This document shows positions 9,821 to 19,186 of a stretch of 64,000 nt of DNA, piece by piece (within the stretch, counting starts at the first letter, position 1; every line of letters starts with the position of its first letter). A program made the position numbers and the translations under genes. Under the pieces are notes generated by a model that had not been told where the DNA came from, searched no databases, and saw only the letters and a program-made list of their open reading frames with translations. The stretch is from a virus (taxonomy: Duplodnaviria; Caudoviricetes), in the IMG/VR virus record IMGVR_UViG_3300021387_000109, positions 1-64,000 of that record; one strand, 5' to 3'.

Positions 9821-10906
9821 TTATACGTAATTTTTAAATTGTTTTTCAAACTCTTCATCACTTAGGGTGAAGGGATCAATGAACTGTGTAGCAGATTTAT
9901 TGGATCTACCAGTAGGAGCTGCGGATTTAACTTGTGCAGAGTTAGTCTTTGGTTGCTGTGGCAACGTTCCCTTGGGAAGATTTTGCATGACTCTCTGTTG
10001 TTGTGCCGAAGCTTGGTATTGTTGAAGTAATGCACCGCCAACAATCTGGTAGGCTTGAAGGAAGGGCGTATCAGCTGATATACGACCTAACACTTTTTGC
10101 CTTTCAATCTCATTGGAAATAAGATCAAAGACTCCATTTTGTTTCTGCTCGTGAATGGTATGCATAATATCAGGCTCTGAATAGATAGCCTGCAAACTAG
10201 CTTGATCCCAATTCCCGATTGTCTTCAATGTTTCAATTCCATCAGGAGTAGATTTAAGATCATCCACAACAGAATTTACATGCATCTCAGCATCGGAAAC
10301 TTGGTGATTTCCAGGTACATACTTTGGTGCTGTATCACTTACATCAATATCTAAAGGATCAATCTTATTGTCCCTTAGAAATTTAGAAATTGCCTCAGGT
10401 TTCTTCTGAGACAAATCGATAAGAAAGTTAATCTTATCTTCTTCAAACAGTCCTGCATTCTCAAGCATCTGCATCTTCTTGCGATATGGAGCAAGAGATT
10501 GCATCTTGTGAGTGTAGTTAGCACCCATTTGCATGAGTCTAATTACATCTTGAGGACTCTTGATTTGAATCTCTTTGCCATTAGCCTTAATTGGGGAGGT
10601 AATGGCTGTATAGAATTGTTTGTAGTCAGGTTCAGGTTCAGAAGTTGCCTGAACTGTTTCAGGAGTTTTAACACCTTCATTTGAACCAGAAGAATTCTCT
10701 ACTGGTTCAGTCTTTGCTGGTTTATCTTTTTCCTGTTCTACAGGAGCAGCAGTATCATTACCAGCATCATCATTGACGTTATCAACTGAGTTACTATTAT
10801 CGTTGCTGGTATCAGCTGATCCCTTTGGTTCGGGATCATCTTCTTTAATTTCTGGAGGAAGTTCTTTATCAAAATCTTCATCTGCCATATTGAAATAATC
10901 AGTCAT
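9821..10906 (-). CDS. N4 gp57-like (putative scaffold/tape-measure) protein
   Basis: Acidic low-complexity N-terminus then PIKANGKEIQIKSPQDVIRLMQMGANYTHKMQ. Confidence 0.8.
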   Translation of the reverse strand: MTDYFNMADEDFDKELPPEIKEDDPEPKGSADTSNDNSNSVDNVNDDAGNDTAAPVEQEKDKPAKTEPVENSSGSNEGVKTPETVQATSEPEPDYKQFYTAITSPIKANGKEIQIKSPQDVIRLMQMGANYTHKMQSLAPYRKKMQMLENAGLFEEDKINFLIDLSQKKPEAISKFLRDNKIDPLDIDVSDTAPKYVPGNHQVSDAEMHVNSVVDDLKSTPDGIETLKTIGNWDQASLQAIYSEPDIMHTIHEQKQNGVFDLISNEIERQKVLGRISADTPFLQAYQIVGGALLQQYQASAQQQRVMQNLPKGTLPQQPKTNSAQVKSAAPTGRSNKSATQFIDPFTLSDEEFEKQFKNYV

Positions 10907-11238
10907 TATTCAATCTCCTGTGCTTTCAGTTCTTCAAGTTGATCTTCTACTTCAGGTAATTCATTTCTTGCCTGATCTCCCTTAATATGGATAAAAGCAA
11001 GATAATTATCTAAAGCAGCAGAAGATTGAGCCAGACGATTATATAAATCTCTATTCTCTGCTGATACTTTATCGCTTACCGCTAAACTCAAGTAACGAGC
11101 CATCTCTTCTTTACAGAATCCCTCTTGGATAATAGCTTTGAAATCTGAATTGATTTCCAGTCTCTTCAACTTATCTGAGAGATCAATAATGTTCTTAAGG
11201 TGTTTAATATAAACTTCAAGTTCCTTGACTTCTGACAT
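10906..11238 (-). CDS. N4 gp58-like protein
   Basis: 110 aa, LKRLEINSDFKAIIQEGF..E.ARY; between portal and gp57. Confidence 0.7.
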   Translation of the reverse strand: MSEVKELEVYIKHLKNIIDLSDKLKRLEINSDFKAIIQEGFCKEEMARYLSLAVSDKVSAENRDLYNRLAQSSAALDNYLAFIHIKGDQARNELPEVEDQLEELKAQEIE

Positions 11239-11273
11239 ACAGATTAGTCCTATTAAGTATATGAAATATTTAT

Positions 11274-11283
11274 ATTATATACA
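11274..11283 (-). promoter_or_regulatory. Candidate late promoter (TG-YA-TATAAT) for gp58-gp57-MCP
   Basis: Minus strand TGTATATAAT in the portal/gp58 gap; same motif at 18365 and 28093. Confidence 0.45.
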
Positions 11284-11290
11284 AATAATT

Positions 11291-13591
11291 TTATCTATTG
11301 CCATATAAGGCCATGTTTTTTAATACATCTGTCATTGTATTGAATCCAAACATGGCATCAATATTTGGTTTAGTTTCATCAGGCTTTCTTGGTTTACCAA
11401 GAGCCTTGACAATTTCAAGATCCTGATTACCTCTTGCCTGAGCCTGCATTAACTGTAGATCTCTTAGATGTTTAGTTCCATCAAGATCCATCTGAGTATC
11501 AAGTATCTTGGCTTGTGCTTCAACATCCTCTCTGACTGCCTTGGCTTCAGTTAACTTGGCATCAGCAATTGTCTTCTGTACCTGAGAGGGTAGTGTAGCC
11601 TGAGCAATAACAGCCTTAGTCTGTGCATCAACTGCCTTGGTTTGAGCATCTGCACCAAGTTTCTGAGCATTGGCCTGATTCTCAAGAATCTCAGACTTAA
11701 GTTTCTCATTCTGTAGAGCCAGATTCTCAATCTGTAGTTGCTGCATCTGCTGTTGCATTTGAACCTGTTGAGGATCAGGTTGCCAAGTTCTTAATTTCTC
11801 AGCAAGAGCAGGCATTCTCTTAAGATCAGCAATCTCAGCAAGAATCATCATGGAAATAGATTGATCCATGTTATTGCCTATTGTCTGAAGCAGGAAGGCT
11901 AAGTTTTCTGATTTGGCATTGTCTTCTTCAGCAGTAGCAATATCTACTTCAAGATCAAAGTTACCTTGAATGTCTTCTCTATTGACTGTAATGAATTCTC
12001 TATTGGTTACACGAATGACTTCCTTATCAGTAAGGAATACTTCATTCATTGCAATGATCTTGTAACCTATTTCCTGCATGCCTTGAGCCAGTCTTCTAAG
12101 AATGCTCATTTCTCTCTTAGAAGCAGCATCCAGAACACCTCTAATGGCAGTAGCTACCTTGGTGTTATAGGCATCACCTGCAAGACCACCAGAGAAGGCT
12201 TTAACACCTGTTAATGCTTCTGCCTCCTGGTTTTGCATTTGAACCATAAGAAGAGCAGACTGAGGCAATTCAGGGTACTTGTGTTCAATGAATCCACCAC
12301 CCTGAGGATTCATTTGAGGATTGAATTCATAATCCTCACCCTGTTCAAATCTCTTCTTGTTGATAGGATCTAGCATGCCTTTAGCAAAGCCCTGTTGAGC
12401 ATTTGCAGATCGACCCAGAGAATCAATCATTCCTCTGGTAACTGCACCTAAAATCCGTTGATTTGCTTCTAGGAGTTCAGCATCAGGTTCACCATAAATG
12501 TTCCTTAAAACAGGAATATATGGAACTACTACATAAGGAACCTTTCTATCTGGAAAAGGATTCTCTTCAAGCCTAATTAATGTATCTCTGATCCAAGTAG
12601 CAACAATAGGAACAAGCCTACCATCATCATTAATGTCATAGAACCCCCAATATTCATAAGCAACACATCTCTTTCTGGACTTGTCTGAGAATTGGAATTC
12701 ATCAGGAGTATCTGATGTATGTTGAGGATCATCAGTACCTATATCATCCCAATTAATCAATTCCAGATTCTTATATCTACCATCCTTGACTAAATCAGAA
12801 TAACTGGTTTCAAAGGATTCTATAACGAATTTAGCCCTATCCAACTGTCCATTGCAGGATGGATCAATATAAATATTCGCAGGATTGACTACTTCAACAA
12901 ATGGTTGATTATGAACAATCTCTTCATCAGGAACCTGTTGATAACCTACTAATTGACCAACAATGGGGAATGGTGCCTGATTAGCCATTTCCACACCAAA
13001 CTTGATTTCAGGTGGAGTCTTTTCATTGTATGTTCTTGGATCAGCTTGAGACAACTGCATTGCCTGTTGAAGCATTTGAAGTGTCTGTTGATCCTGAACA
13101 GGCACAGCCTGAAATACAGGTTCCTGTCTGATGATTGGCTTGGTTTCTCTGATCCAAGATATCTTGACAATACCAGTACCTTCATTGATGACTGCCCTTA
13201 CATATTCATCAATGAATTTAACCTTATTAAGTTTTGTATTGAATTGCCAATTAAGAAGAAGACTTTGTTGCTTGGCAGCATCTTCATCTTCAAAAGTCTT
13301 TGGAGTGACAGAGAAAATCTTATCAGTACCTAAGAAAGGTTCAGACAGAGCAGAATATCTCCATTCTGCCTGTCTTCTAACTAACTTAGGTTGTACGCTG
13401 GATCTACCTTTTCTAGTTCTAGGCTTTTCCGAACCAGTAACATTAAGCAGATCCTTCCAATGATTAATCTTACTTAACTGAATATCATGAGCAGGTTGAG
13501 CAGCTCTAAAATCTTCCTTTAGACCTGCTAGTGTAGGCTCATTAACCCAATCAGTTAGTTTTGTATTCTCTAAGGGCATATTAACAAACAA
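11291..13591 (-). CDS. Portal protein (N4 gp59-like)
   Basis: 766 aa; KLTDWVNEPTLAGLKED, GRSSVQPKLVRRQAEWRYSALSEPFL. Confidence 0.95.
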   Translation of the reverse strand: MFVNMPLENTKLTDWVNEPTLAGLKEDFRAAQPAHDIQLSKINHWKDLLNVTGSEKPRTRKGRSSVQPKLVRRQAEWRYSALSEPFLGTDKIFSVTPKTFEDEDAAKQQSLLLNWQFNTKLNKVKFIDEYVRAVINEGTGIVKISWIRETKPIIRQEPVFQAVPVQDQQTLQMLQQAMQLSQADPRTYNEKTPPEIKFGVEMANQAPFPIVGQLVGYQQVPDEEIVHNQPFVEVVNPANIYIDPSCNGQLDRAKFVIESFETSYSDLVKDGRYKNLELINWDDIGTDDPQHTSDTPDEFQFSDKSRKRCVAYEYWGFYDINDDGRLVPIVATWIRDTLIRLEENPFPDRKVPYVVVPYIPVLRNIYGEPDAELLEANQRILGAVTRGMIDSLGRSANAQQGFAKGMLDPINKKRFEQGEDYEFNPQMNPQGGGFIEHKYPELPQSALLMVQMQNQEAEALTGVKAFSGGLAGDAYNTKVATAIRGVLDAASKREMSILRRLAQGMQEIGYKIIAMNEVFLTDKEVIRVTNREFITVNREDIQGNFDLEVDIATAEEDNAKSENLAFLLQTIGNNMDQSISMMILAEIADLKRMPALAEKLRTWQPDPQQVQMQQQMQQLQIENLALQNEKLKSEILENQANAQKLGADAQTKAVDAQTKAVIAQATLPSQVQKTIADAKLTEAKAVREDVEAQAKILDTQMDLDGTKHLRDLQLMQAQARGNQDLEIVKALGKPRKPDETKPNIDAMFGFNTMTDVLKNMALYGNR

Positions 13592-13612
13592 TAATTAATT
13601 ACTAATTATCTG

Positions 13613-14677
13613 TTATTTCATGTACTTTGTAAAAAATCTTTGTATCTCTGTAGGATTAGTGCCAGAAGGAACAGTAACTTTTACATAACCATCTTCTATC
13701 TTCATTCTTATAGTATTTGAATGACTGTCAATTCGATCATTGAAAGATGGGTTCCAAGAAGGTTCTTTACTTTTATGTAATAAGAAGTCTTCATCAGGGA
13801 ACACTTCATTACAATATTGTTTAAGAGCAGTCTTATAGAATCTTGGATCTTTAAAACCATTACCTGCTTTAATAACAGGATAGTTATTTACAGACCAGGA
13901 TTGAAAATAATCTGTATCATAAAAAACCTTTGTCTTAAATACATTCTCTGAACCAAGAGTATAAAGTTCATTGTAATACTTAACCCAATCCCATTTAAGA
14001 CTAAAGTTCATCATCCAGCCTAATTCACAAGCACTGGAAATATCCACATTAAATAGATCTTTACCCATTTGCTTGTAAACTTCAATGCATTCTTTCTTTT
14101 CTTTATTGGATAGAGGCTTTATTAGATTAACCTTGTTAAAGAAATCCTCTAAGGATAGAAAGTACATTTCAGGTTGACTGTAAAAGAATACTGATCCAAA
14201 CAGTTGATCTGCACACCAACCATTAACAATAGTATCAGTATCTACTGTAGATAAACAATTATCCCAATTTTTAATATGTTTTAACTGATACTTTTTATCT
14301 ACTAAATGCTGGTAAAGTTTTGGATACTCTTTAATGGAATTTTCATCCATAAGGATTATTAAATCTTCTTTACTGATTCCATTTTTTATTAGAGCCAAAA
14401 GTAAAGAAGTAGAATCAACCCCACCAGACCATTGAACAGCGATTGACTTTCCTATAAGTTCATTAGCCCGTCTATCCATTAATTCAGGTAATGGAGTATC
14501 TTTGGGTTCAGGAATAGGATCTGCTTCTTTAGACCAATTGAAGATACTATATTTATTTAAATAATTGAATCTGTCTCTACAAAGCCTACCTGTAAATATC
14601 CAGTTGGCAGTACTGAAAGGATTTCCAAACCTCTCTACAAACATTGGTAAAGTCTGTATAACTTTTATTTTTTGCAT
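13613..14677 (-). CDS. PP-loop ATPase, asparagine-synthetase-like synthetase domain without glutaminase domain
   Basis: WSGGVDSTSLLLAL PP-loop and IVNGWCADQLFGS (cf. Asn synthetase B SGEGADELFGG). Confidence 0.75.
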   Translation of the reverse strand: MQKIKVIQTLPMFVERFGNPFSTANWIFTGRLCRDRFNYLNKYSIFNWSKEADPIPEPKDTPLPELMDRRANELIGKSIAVQWSGGVDSTSLLLALIKNGISKEDLIILMDENSIKEYPKLYQHLVDKKYQLKHIKNWDNCLSTVDTDTIVNGWCADQLFGSVFFYSQPEMYFLSLEDFFNKVNLIKPLSNKEKKECIEVYKQMGKDLFNVDISSACELGWMMNFSLKWDWVKYYNELYTLGSENVFKTKVFYDTDYFQSWSVNNYPVIKAGNGFKDPRFYKTALKQYCNEVFPDEDFLLHKSKEPSWNPSFNDRIDSHSNTIRMKIEDGYVKVTVPSGTNPTEIQRFFTKYMK

Positions 14678-15015
14678 TCAATTACCTTAGTATCTTCAAA
14701 ACCAAACTTCTCAGCATCCTTAAAGAATTCCTGAATGTCATGTTCAGTAATTTCCATAGTTGTTGGTCCCATAGGAACTCTTAACATAGGGATGAATTTA
14801 AAAGTATTGAGAAGTTTTTCTTTTAAAGCAGATAGATCAATAATATAGTCATCATCAATCAGATTAAACTTTCTAAGTAATGGTTCAACCTGAGCATTGA
14901 ATGATGGAAGAACAGAAGCAGTTAAAGTAGTTAGATCCATATTGGATACATCACCTACCTTTTGACCCAGATGCTTGGCAAACAACTCAACAAATTTAGC
15001 CTTATTAATCTTCAT
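14665..15015 (-). CDS. Hypothetical protein (probable paralogue of 15974-16306)
   Basis: 116 aa ORF; LIDDDYIIDLSAL motif. Confidence 0.6.
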   Translation of the reverse strand: MKINKAKFVELFAKHLGQKVGDVSNMDLTTLTASVLPSFNAQVEPLLRKFNLIDDDYIIDLSALKEKLLNTFKFIPMLRVPMGPTTMEITEHDIQEFFKDAEKFGFEDTKVIECKK

Positions 15016-15018
15016 TTG

Positions 15019-15633
15019 TTACTCCACATAATTATTGGAGAGATTATACTGCTTGCATTGATCTAAAGGGATGTTCTGAACTCTTTTATTTAACCAGCCT
15101 GCTGTATATCTGAAGTGTTGCTTTAGAGAAAGATAATAAGCACCTTGATAACTATCCAGTGCTTTTAGAACCAGAATACAAGTAGTCTCTGATCCTCTTA
15201 CTTTTTCCATTTTTAAGTAGGCTTGTATTGTCTTTGAACCAAGAACACCATCTTCCTTTAATAAAGGAAAGTGCGTGCCATTACCTGATAAAGCATTCAA
15301 GGATTGCTGAAACCATTTAATGGCTCTTGTAGGACCTACATTAACTCCTGCATCAATCAACTTATGGGAAATGGCAGGATTAATATCTACCAATTGATCC
15401 AGTCCTGGTTTCTGAATATAGAGGTGTGTATAAATCTCATTGGCTTGTTCCTTGGTAAGATCTACCATTTTTCCTTGATACCCATAATCTCTGGCTACTT
15501 TTTCAGTAATGCCATATTTAGTCTCTTGGCCTGGATCATATGGATCATTGGAATAAACACCTTCAACAACAATAATTGAGGCTAGGATAGTTCCTATGAT
15601 TCTTGTACTATTTGCTACCTGTTTGGCTTGCAT
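15019..15633 (-). CDS. Endolysin, glycoside hydrolase family 108 N-acetylmuramidase
   Basis: VEGVYSNDPYDPGQETKYGIT catalytic motif, DAGVNVG, C-terminal GWLNKRV; hydrophobic N-terminus. Confidence 0.9.
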   Translation of the reverse strand: MQAKQVANSTRIIGTILASIIVVEGVYSNDPYDPGQETKYGITEKVARDYGYQGKMVDLTKEQANEIYTHLYIQKPGLDQLVDINPAISHKLIDAGVNVGPTRAIKWFQQSLNALSGNGTHFPLLKEDGVLGSKTIQAYLKMEKVRGSETTCILVLKALDSYQGAYYLSLKQHFRYTAGWLNKRVQNIPLDQCKQYNLSNNYVE

Positions 15634-15892
15634 AATTACTCTTAACCTCTTGTAATTGAAGCTCCAATACCTTCTTTCTTAATTCATGTTCTTCGGTAGC
15701 TCTTTGGTCTCTTTTATATTGAAAGTAGGCGTTTAAAACAAAGCCAAAGATTGTTGTTACTACACCGGCAATTACTAACATCTCATTATCGGACAGGCAA
15801 CCAAAAATACTTGTGGCTGTTCCACCGCCCATTCCCCATTTAGCACTAGCAGCGGCTAACGTTGCATCTGTGTATTCGGACAGTTCTGACAT
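15608..15892 (-). CDS. Holin
   Basis: 94 aa, hydrophobic segments and charged C-terminus, overlaps endolysin start. Confidence 0.7.
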   Translation of the reverse strand: MSELSEYTDATLAAASAKWGMGGGTATSIFGCLSDNEMLVIAGVVTTIFGFVLNAYFQYKRDQRATEEHELRKKVLELQLQEVKSNYASQTGSK

Positions 15893-15973
15893 TTTTATTC
15901 TTCAAAGTAGTTGAACCAATGAGTGCCTGATTAGTAATTGCTTATCCTCTAATTCAATTATACTTTTTAATGT

Positions 15974-16306
15974 TTATGTGAAAAGTTTGTTATGAATCTC
16001 CCTAAACTTCGGGAGGTCTTGTGCAAATAAAACATAGTTAAGACCCTGTATCTTCACACCATTCTTAAGGAATGGTTCAGCCTTTTTAATAAGTTCTTCA
16101 CAATCTATAAGACCATCATGATTAATGTAAGACCATTCTGGATCTCTTAGACAAAGCATCAATCTCTTTGCAAGTACCCTTCCTCCACCAAATTTGGTGA
16201 ATACAGGATTAGGATCAAAACTCTGTTTTAAAATAAATTCATCCAAGGCTTTTTGAAATACCTGGGTTAATTCATCTTCTGTTAAAACCATATCGTTAGG
16301 AAGCAT
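15974..16306 (-). CDS. Hypothetical protein (probable paralogue of 14665-15015)
   Basis: 110 aa ORF; YINHDGLIDCEEL motif. Confidence 0.6.
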   Translation of the reverse strand: MLPNDMVLTEDELTQVFQKALDEFILKQSFDPNPVFTKFGGGRVLAKRLMLCLRDPEWSYINHDGLIDCEELIKKAEPFLKNGVKIQGLNYVLFAQDLPKFREIHNKLFT

Positions 16307-16362
16307 GATTAATATTTAAGAATTTTAATGCTAGTTTGAAAATCAGCAAATTTTAACACAAT

Positions 16363-16386
16363 AAAAAAGCTGGGTTTCCCCAGCTT
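16363..16386 (-). terminator. Intrinsic terminator
   Basis: AAGCTGGG-TTTC-CCCAGCTT with A run. Confidence 0.7.
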
Positions 16387-16390
16387 ATTT

Positions 16391-17314
16391 TTACTTATTA
16401 AAGTATTTTTGAGTCAAGTGTCTCATTCCCAAGTACAACATGGTAACTGCTAGAAGTACTCTAACTACTCCAAAATTACTCCATAGATCTAAAATACCTA
16501 CTTTAATAAAGATACCCCATAGAATACAAATAGCAAAGCATATAAGAGTACCTAGATTAACTCCAAAGGATTTATGCATCGCTACTGCAATAGAGTCTAT
16601 AGTGGATGTAGTAACACCTAGAACAGCTATGAATAATAGCCATGAACCAGTAAGAGAAAGTTGATAATGAGCCAGAAGATAAACCAAGGATAAATAGAAA
16701 GCAAAGAATCCTGTAGCCCATTCAAAGGCATATCCATTGCCATTTACCTTTGCTCTTTGCCAATGCTGTAAGTCAGAGATAATACCTGACATTAAGATGC
16801 AAGCACTCCAACCAGCCCATATTAAAGAACCAGAATCTGAAGAAGGGAGTACTGTAATTGTTTGACCTTCATAAAAGCACAATCCTAGAAGAGTCATTAG
16901 AGCTAGTAAGGTAATAGCTCCTTGAAAGTTATCTGTAAAGATAGAGGCTTCAAGACCTCTCCAATACATAATACCTACAAAGAGTAATCCAATAGCAGAA
17001 ACAATGAAATATGAATATTCTGAACCAAAAGGAATAGAACAGATATCATTAAGAATCTTTAGTTGAATTATTAGACAGAATGCTTGAATAATGGTAAGCA
17101 ACCATTTAACAATCTTGTACTCAAGAATTTTTTCTGTAAGTATTCCTGTTTTATAAAGAATACCAAAGAAAGTTAGAGTTAGACAGTTAGCAGTAGCCCA
17201 TACTAAAAAGGCTTCAGTACCTTTAGTTTGAGCTATTTGCATACCCATAATAAGAGATGTACCCCATGCCCAAGAAATGGCAATAGAGGCACCTATATAA
17301 GCAGATTTAAGCAT
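16391..17314 (-). CDS. Multi-pass membrane protein, sodium:solute symporter (SSS/DUR3)-like
   Basis: 307 aa, roughly 9-10 hydrophobic segments; SIAISWAWGTSL and GLEASIFTDNFQG resemble SSS TM motifs. Confidence 0.6.
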   Translation of the reverse strand: MLKSAYIGASIAISWAWGTSLIMGMQIAQTKGTEAFLVWATANCLTLTFFGILYKTGILTEKILEYKIVKWLLTIIQAFCLIIQLKILNDICSIPFGSEYSYFIVSAIGLLFVGIMYWRGLEASIFTDNFQGAITLLALMTLLGLCFYEGQTITVLPSSDSGSLIWAGWSACILMSGIISDLQHWQRAKVNGNGYAFEWATGFFAFYLSLVYLLAHYQLSLTGSWLLFIAVLGVTTSTIDSIAVAMHKSFGVNLGTLICFAICILWGIFIKVGILDLWSNFGVVRVLLAVTMLYLGMRHLTQKYFNK

Positions 17315-17349
17315 AAAAAAAAATCCTCTGATTTTTAAACCAGAGGATT
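17315..17349 (-). terminator. Intrinsic terminator
   Basis: AATCCTCTG...CAGAGGATT with A9 run. Confidence 0.7.
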
Positions 17350-17367
17350 ATAGATTATTTAAGAAAC

Positions 17368-17595
17368 TTAGAGAGTTTCTTCAGTAATCTGTTCTTCAGG
17401 GAAGATTTCATTACCTTCTGCATCAAATTCTCTGGTTCTACCAGTAGCACCATCCTGCCAAAGATCCATATTAACGATCTTTACAGAAACCTTGGGCAGA
17501 GCATTAAGAGCCTGCTTGATAGCACCATAAAGTGCAACATCATCCTCAGCATCAGCGACACAAAGGACAGAAATATTAAAACGATTGTAAGCCAT
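17368..17595 (-). CDS. Hypothetical protein
   Basis: 75 aa ORF with capsid-gene-like codon usage. Confidence 0.6.
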   Translation of the reverse strand: MAYNRFNISVLCVADAEDDVALYGAIKQALNALPKVSVKIVNMDLWQDGATGRTREFDAEGNEIFPEEQITEETL

Positions 17596-17600
17596 AGTAT

Positions 17601-18068
17601 TTATTCAGTTTTAGTTTGTTCAGGAAGAGAAATCAAAGATTCCTCAAATGTTTGTTTAGGGGTGGATACTCCACATAGACCATTATAAATGGAATTCCTG
17701 TGATTTGCTAATGGATGAGCATATACACATGCCCTTAGCCAATCATCTCTAGTAATGGTAGATGGATTGAATGTAGGATCTCCTTGAGTAGAGAACCAGG
17801 TGTAAAGGATAAGAGTAGGCTTCTCTGTTGAAGAAGCGGGTCTCTTGATTCCTTGACAGCAATAACACCAAACCTTTCCATTACTATTAGGATACTCTTT
17901 ACACCATGCATCAGTAAAGAATACTAAAGATGGGTCAGGAATACTTGTAGAGGAGTCAAATGCAGATTTGGCTAAAGTATAAGTAATACCATCATCTGTA
18001 GTAATTTCTTTTACTGGTTCCTTATCCTTTATTTGTGAAAGGATTCTAGTAGAAGAATATACGTTCAT
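17601..18068 (-). CDS. Hypothetical protein
   Basis: 155 aa ORF, Cys/Trp-containing. Confidence 0.6.
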   Translation of the reverse strand: MNVYSSTRILSQIKDKEPVKEITTDDGITYTLAKSAFDSSTSIPDPSLVFFTDAWCKEYPNSNGKVWCYCCQGIKRPASSTEKPTLILYTWFSTQGDPTFNPSTITRDDWLRACVYAHPLANHRNSIYNGLCGVSTPKQTFEESLISLPEQTKTE

Positions 18069-18069
18069 A

Positions 18070-18375
18070 TTACTTATGATAGGTATCTAAAATAGCTAAT
18101 CCACAAGCAGCTGCTAGATGAAGAAGATTCTCTTTCCAATCAGCAATATCACCCTTAGCCTCTGCATTCTTCAGTTCTTGATACTCCATATCAATAATTT
18201 TATTAGGAGTACCCATTAAAGAATGCCAAGTTTCAGGAGGATTCCATAGGATTTTAGAAGCATCCTTAAAGAACTCTGCATGCTGAGTTGTATCTTCAGA
18301 ATGCTTATGTTTACAAATAATAATGTAAGACATTTTAGATAAAAGAATGGTTGCACATGAGTTTATTATATGCAA
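18070..18375 (-). CDS. Hypothetical protein (true start probably MSYIII, about 18333)
   Basis: Called ATG overlaps a TGCATATAAT promoter-like motif at 18365-18374. Confidence 0.55.
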   Translation of the reverse strand: MHIINSCATILLSKMSYIIICKHKHSEDTTQHAEFFKDASKILWNPPETWHSLMGTPNKIIDMEYQELKNAEAKGDIADWKENLLHLAAACGLAILDTYHK

Positions 18376-18393
18376 CCATTCTTATTTATTCAA

Positions 18394-19017
18394 CTAGCCA
18401 GCAGAGGCTGTAGTTGTAGTGGGCTTAAGTTGAGAGATTAGATAAGTAGTCTGAGCATTCATCTGAGCAGTTAGATTCTTCTCAGCTTCAAGAGCAGAAA
18501 TCTTAGCCTTGGCATCAGCAAGTTCATTCTGCATATTCTCATATGCAATCTCTCTCTGAAGTTCTCTACTCTTGCAACCTTCATCAGAAATCTGATGACC
18601 TAGAACACAGAAACCCATCTGAGTTTGAGATGCTAGTTGCTGATTCTGAAGTCTATTCTCATAGCCCTGAGTAGTAATATTATTATTAATACCACAAAGC
18701 TGTCCAGATACACCACCAATAGCACCAACAATGGCATCACCAGTATTATTAACTAGATTGCCCATGAACATATTGGAGTTATTAGCATTCTGAAGAACAG
18801 CTAACTGAGCAGCTTGAGCAGAATCATCAGCATGAGCAATCTGGTTGGATAGAAGTGTAGCATCAACACCTACATTACCAACACCTCTATTACTCCAACC
18901 CCAACCACCGCCACCGAAGAGCATACCTCCAATGAGGCCACCGACTAGACCAGAACCTAATCCATTGCCTAGAAAGCCATCATTGTTATTAGCAGGGAGA
19001 ATTGTAGTTTCAGACAT
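18394..19017 (-). CDS. Gly-rich membrane/coiled-coil protein of a family I recognise from gut phages
   Basis: GGLIGGMLFGGGGWGW, QLCGINNNITTQGYENRL, C-terminal coiled coil ending QTTYLISQLKP. Confidence 0.65.
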   Translation of the reverse strand: MSETTILPANNNDGFLGNGLGSGLVGGLIGGMLFGGGGWGWSNRGVGNVGVDATLLSNQIAHADDSAQAAQLAVLQNANNSNMFMGNLVNNTGDAIVGAIGGVSGQLCGINNNITTQGYENRLQNQQLASQTQMGFCVLGHQISDEGCKSRELQREIAYENMQNELADAKAKISALEAEKNLTAQMNAQTTYLISQLKPTTTTASAG

Positions 19018-19062
19018 TTTAGTTGCCTTTACTTACATAAGTAAGTTGTTAAAATTAATAAT

Positions 19063-19094
19063 AAAAAACCTGAACTAGTTTTTCTAGTTCAGGT
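19063..19094 (-). terminator. Terminator after tail-fibre operon
   Basis: ACCTGAACTAG-TTTTT-CTAGTTCAGGT with A run. Confidence 0.75.
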
Positions 19095-19186
19095 ACATAT
19101 TAACTCTCTTTTTGGAAGGTGTAAAATTTATTTTTAAATTTTCCACAAGCCTTGCTCAAGCACGTACAATTACATTTACAAAATAA

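Noticed and set aside
13613-15015. Lasso-peptide cluster built around the Asn-synthetase-like enzyme
   Set aside because: No leader peptidase (B2), RRE or precursor peptide recognisable nearby
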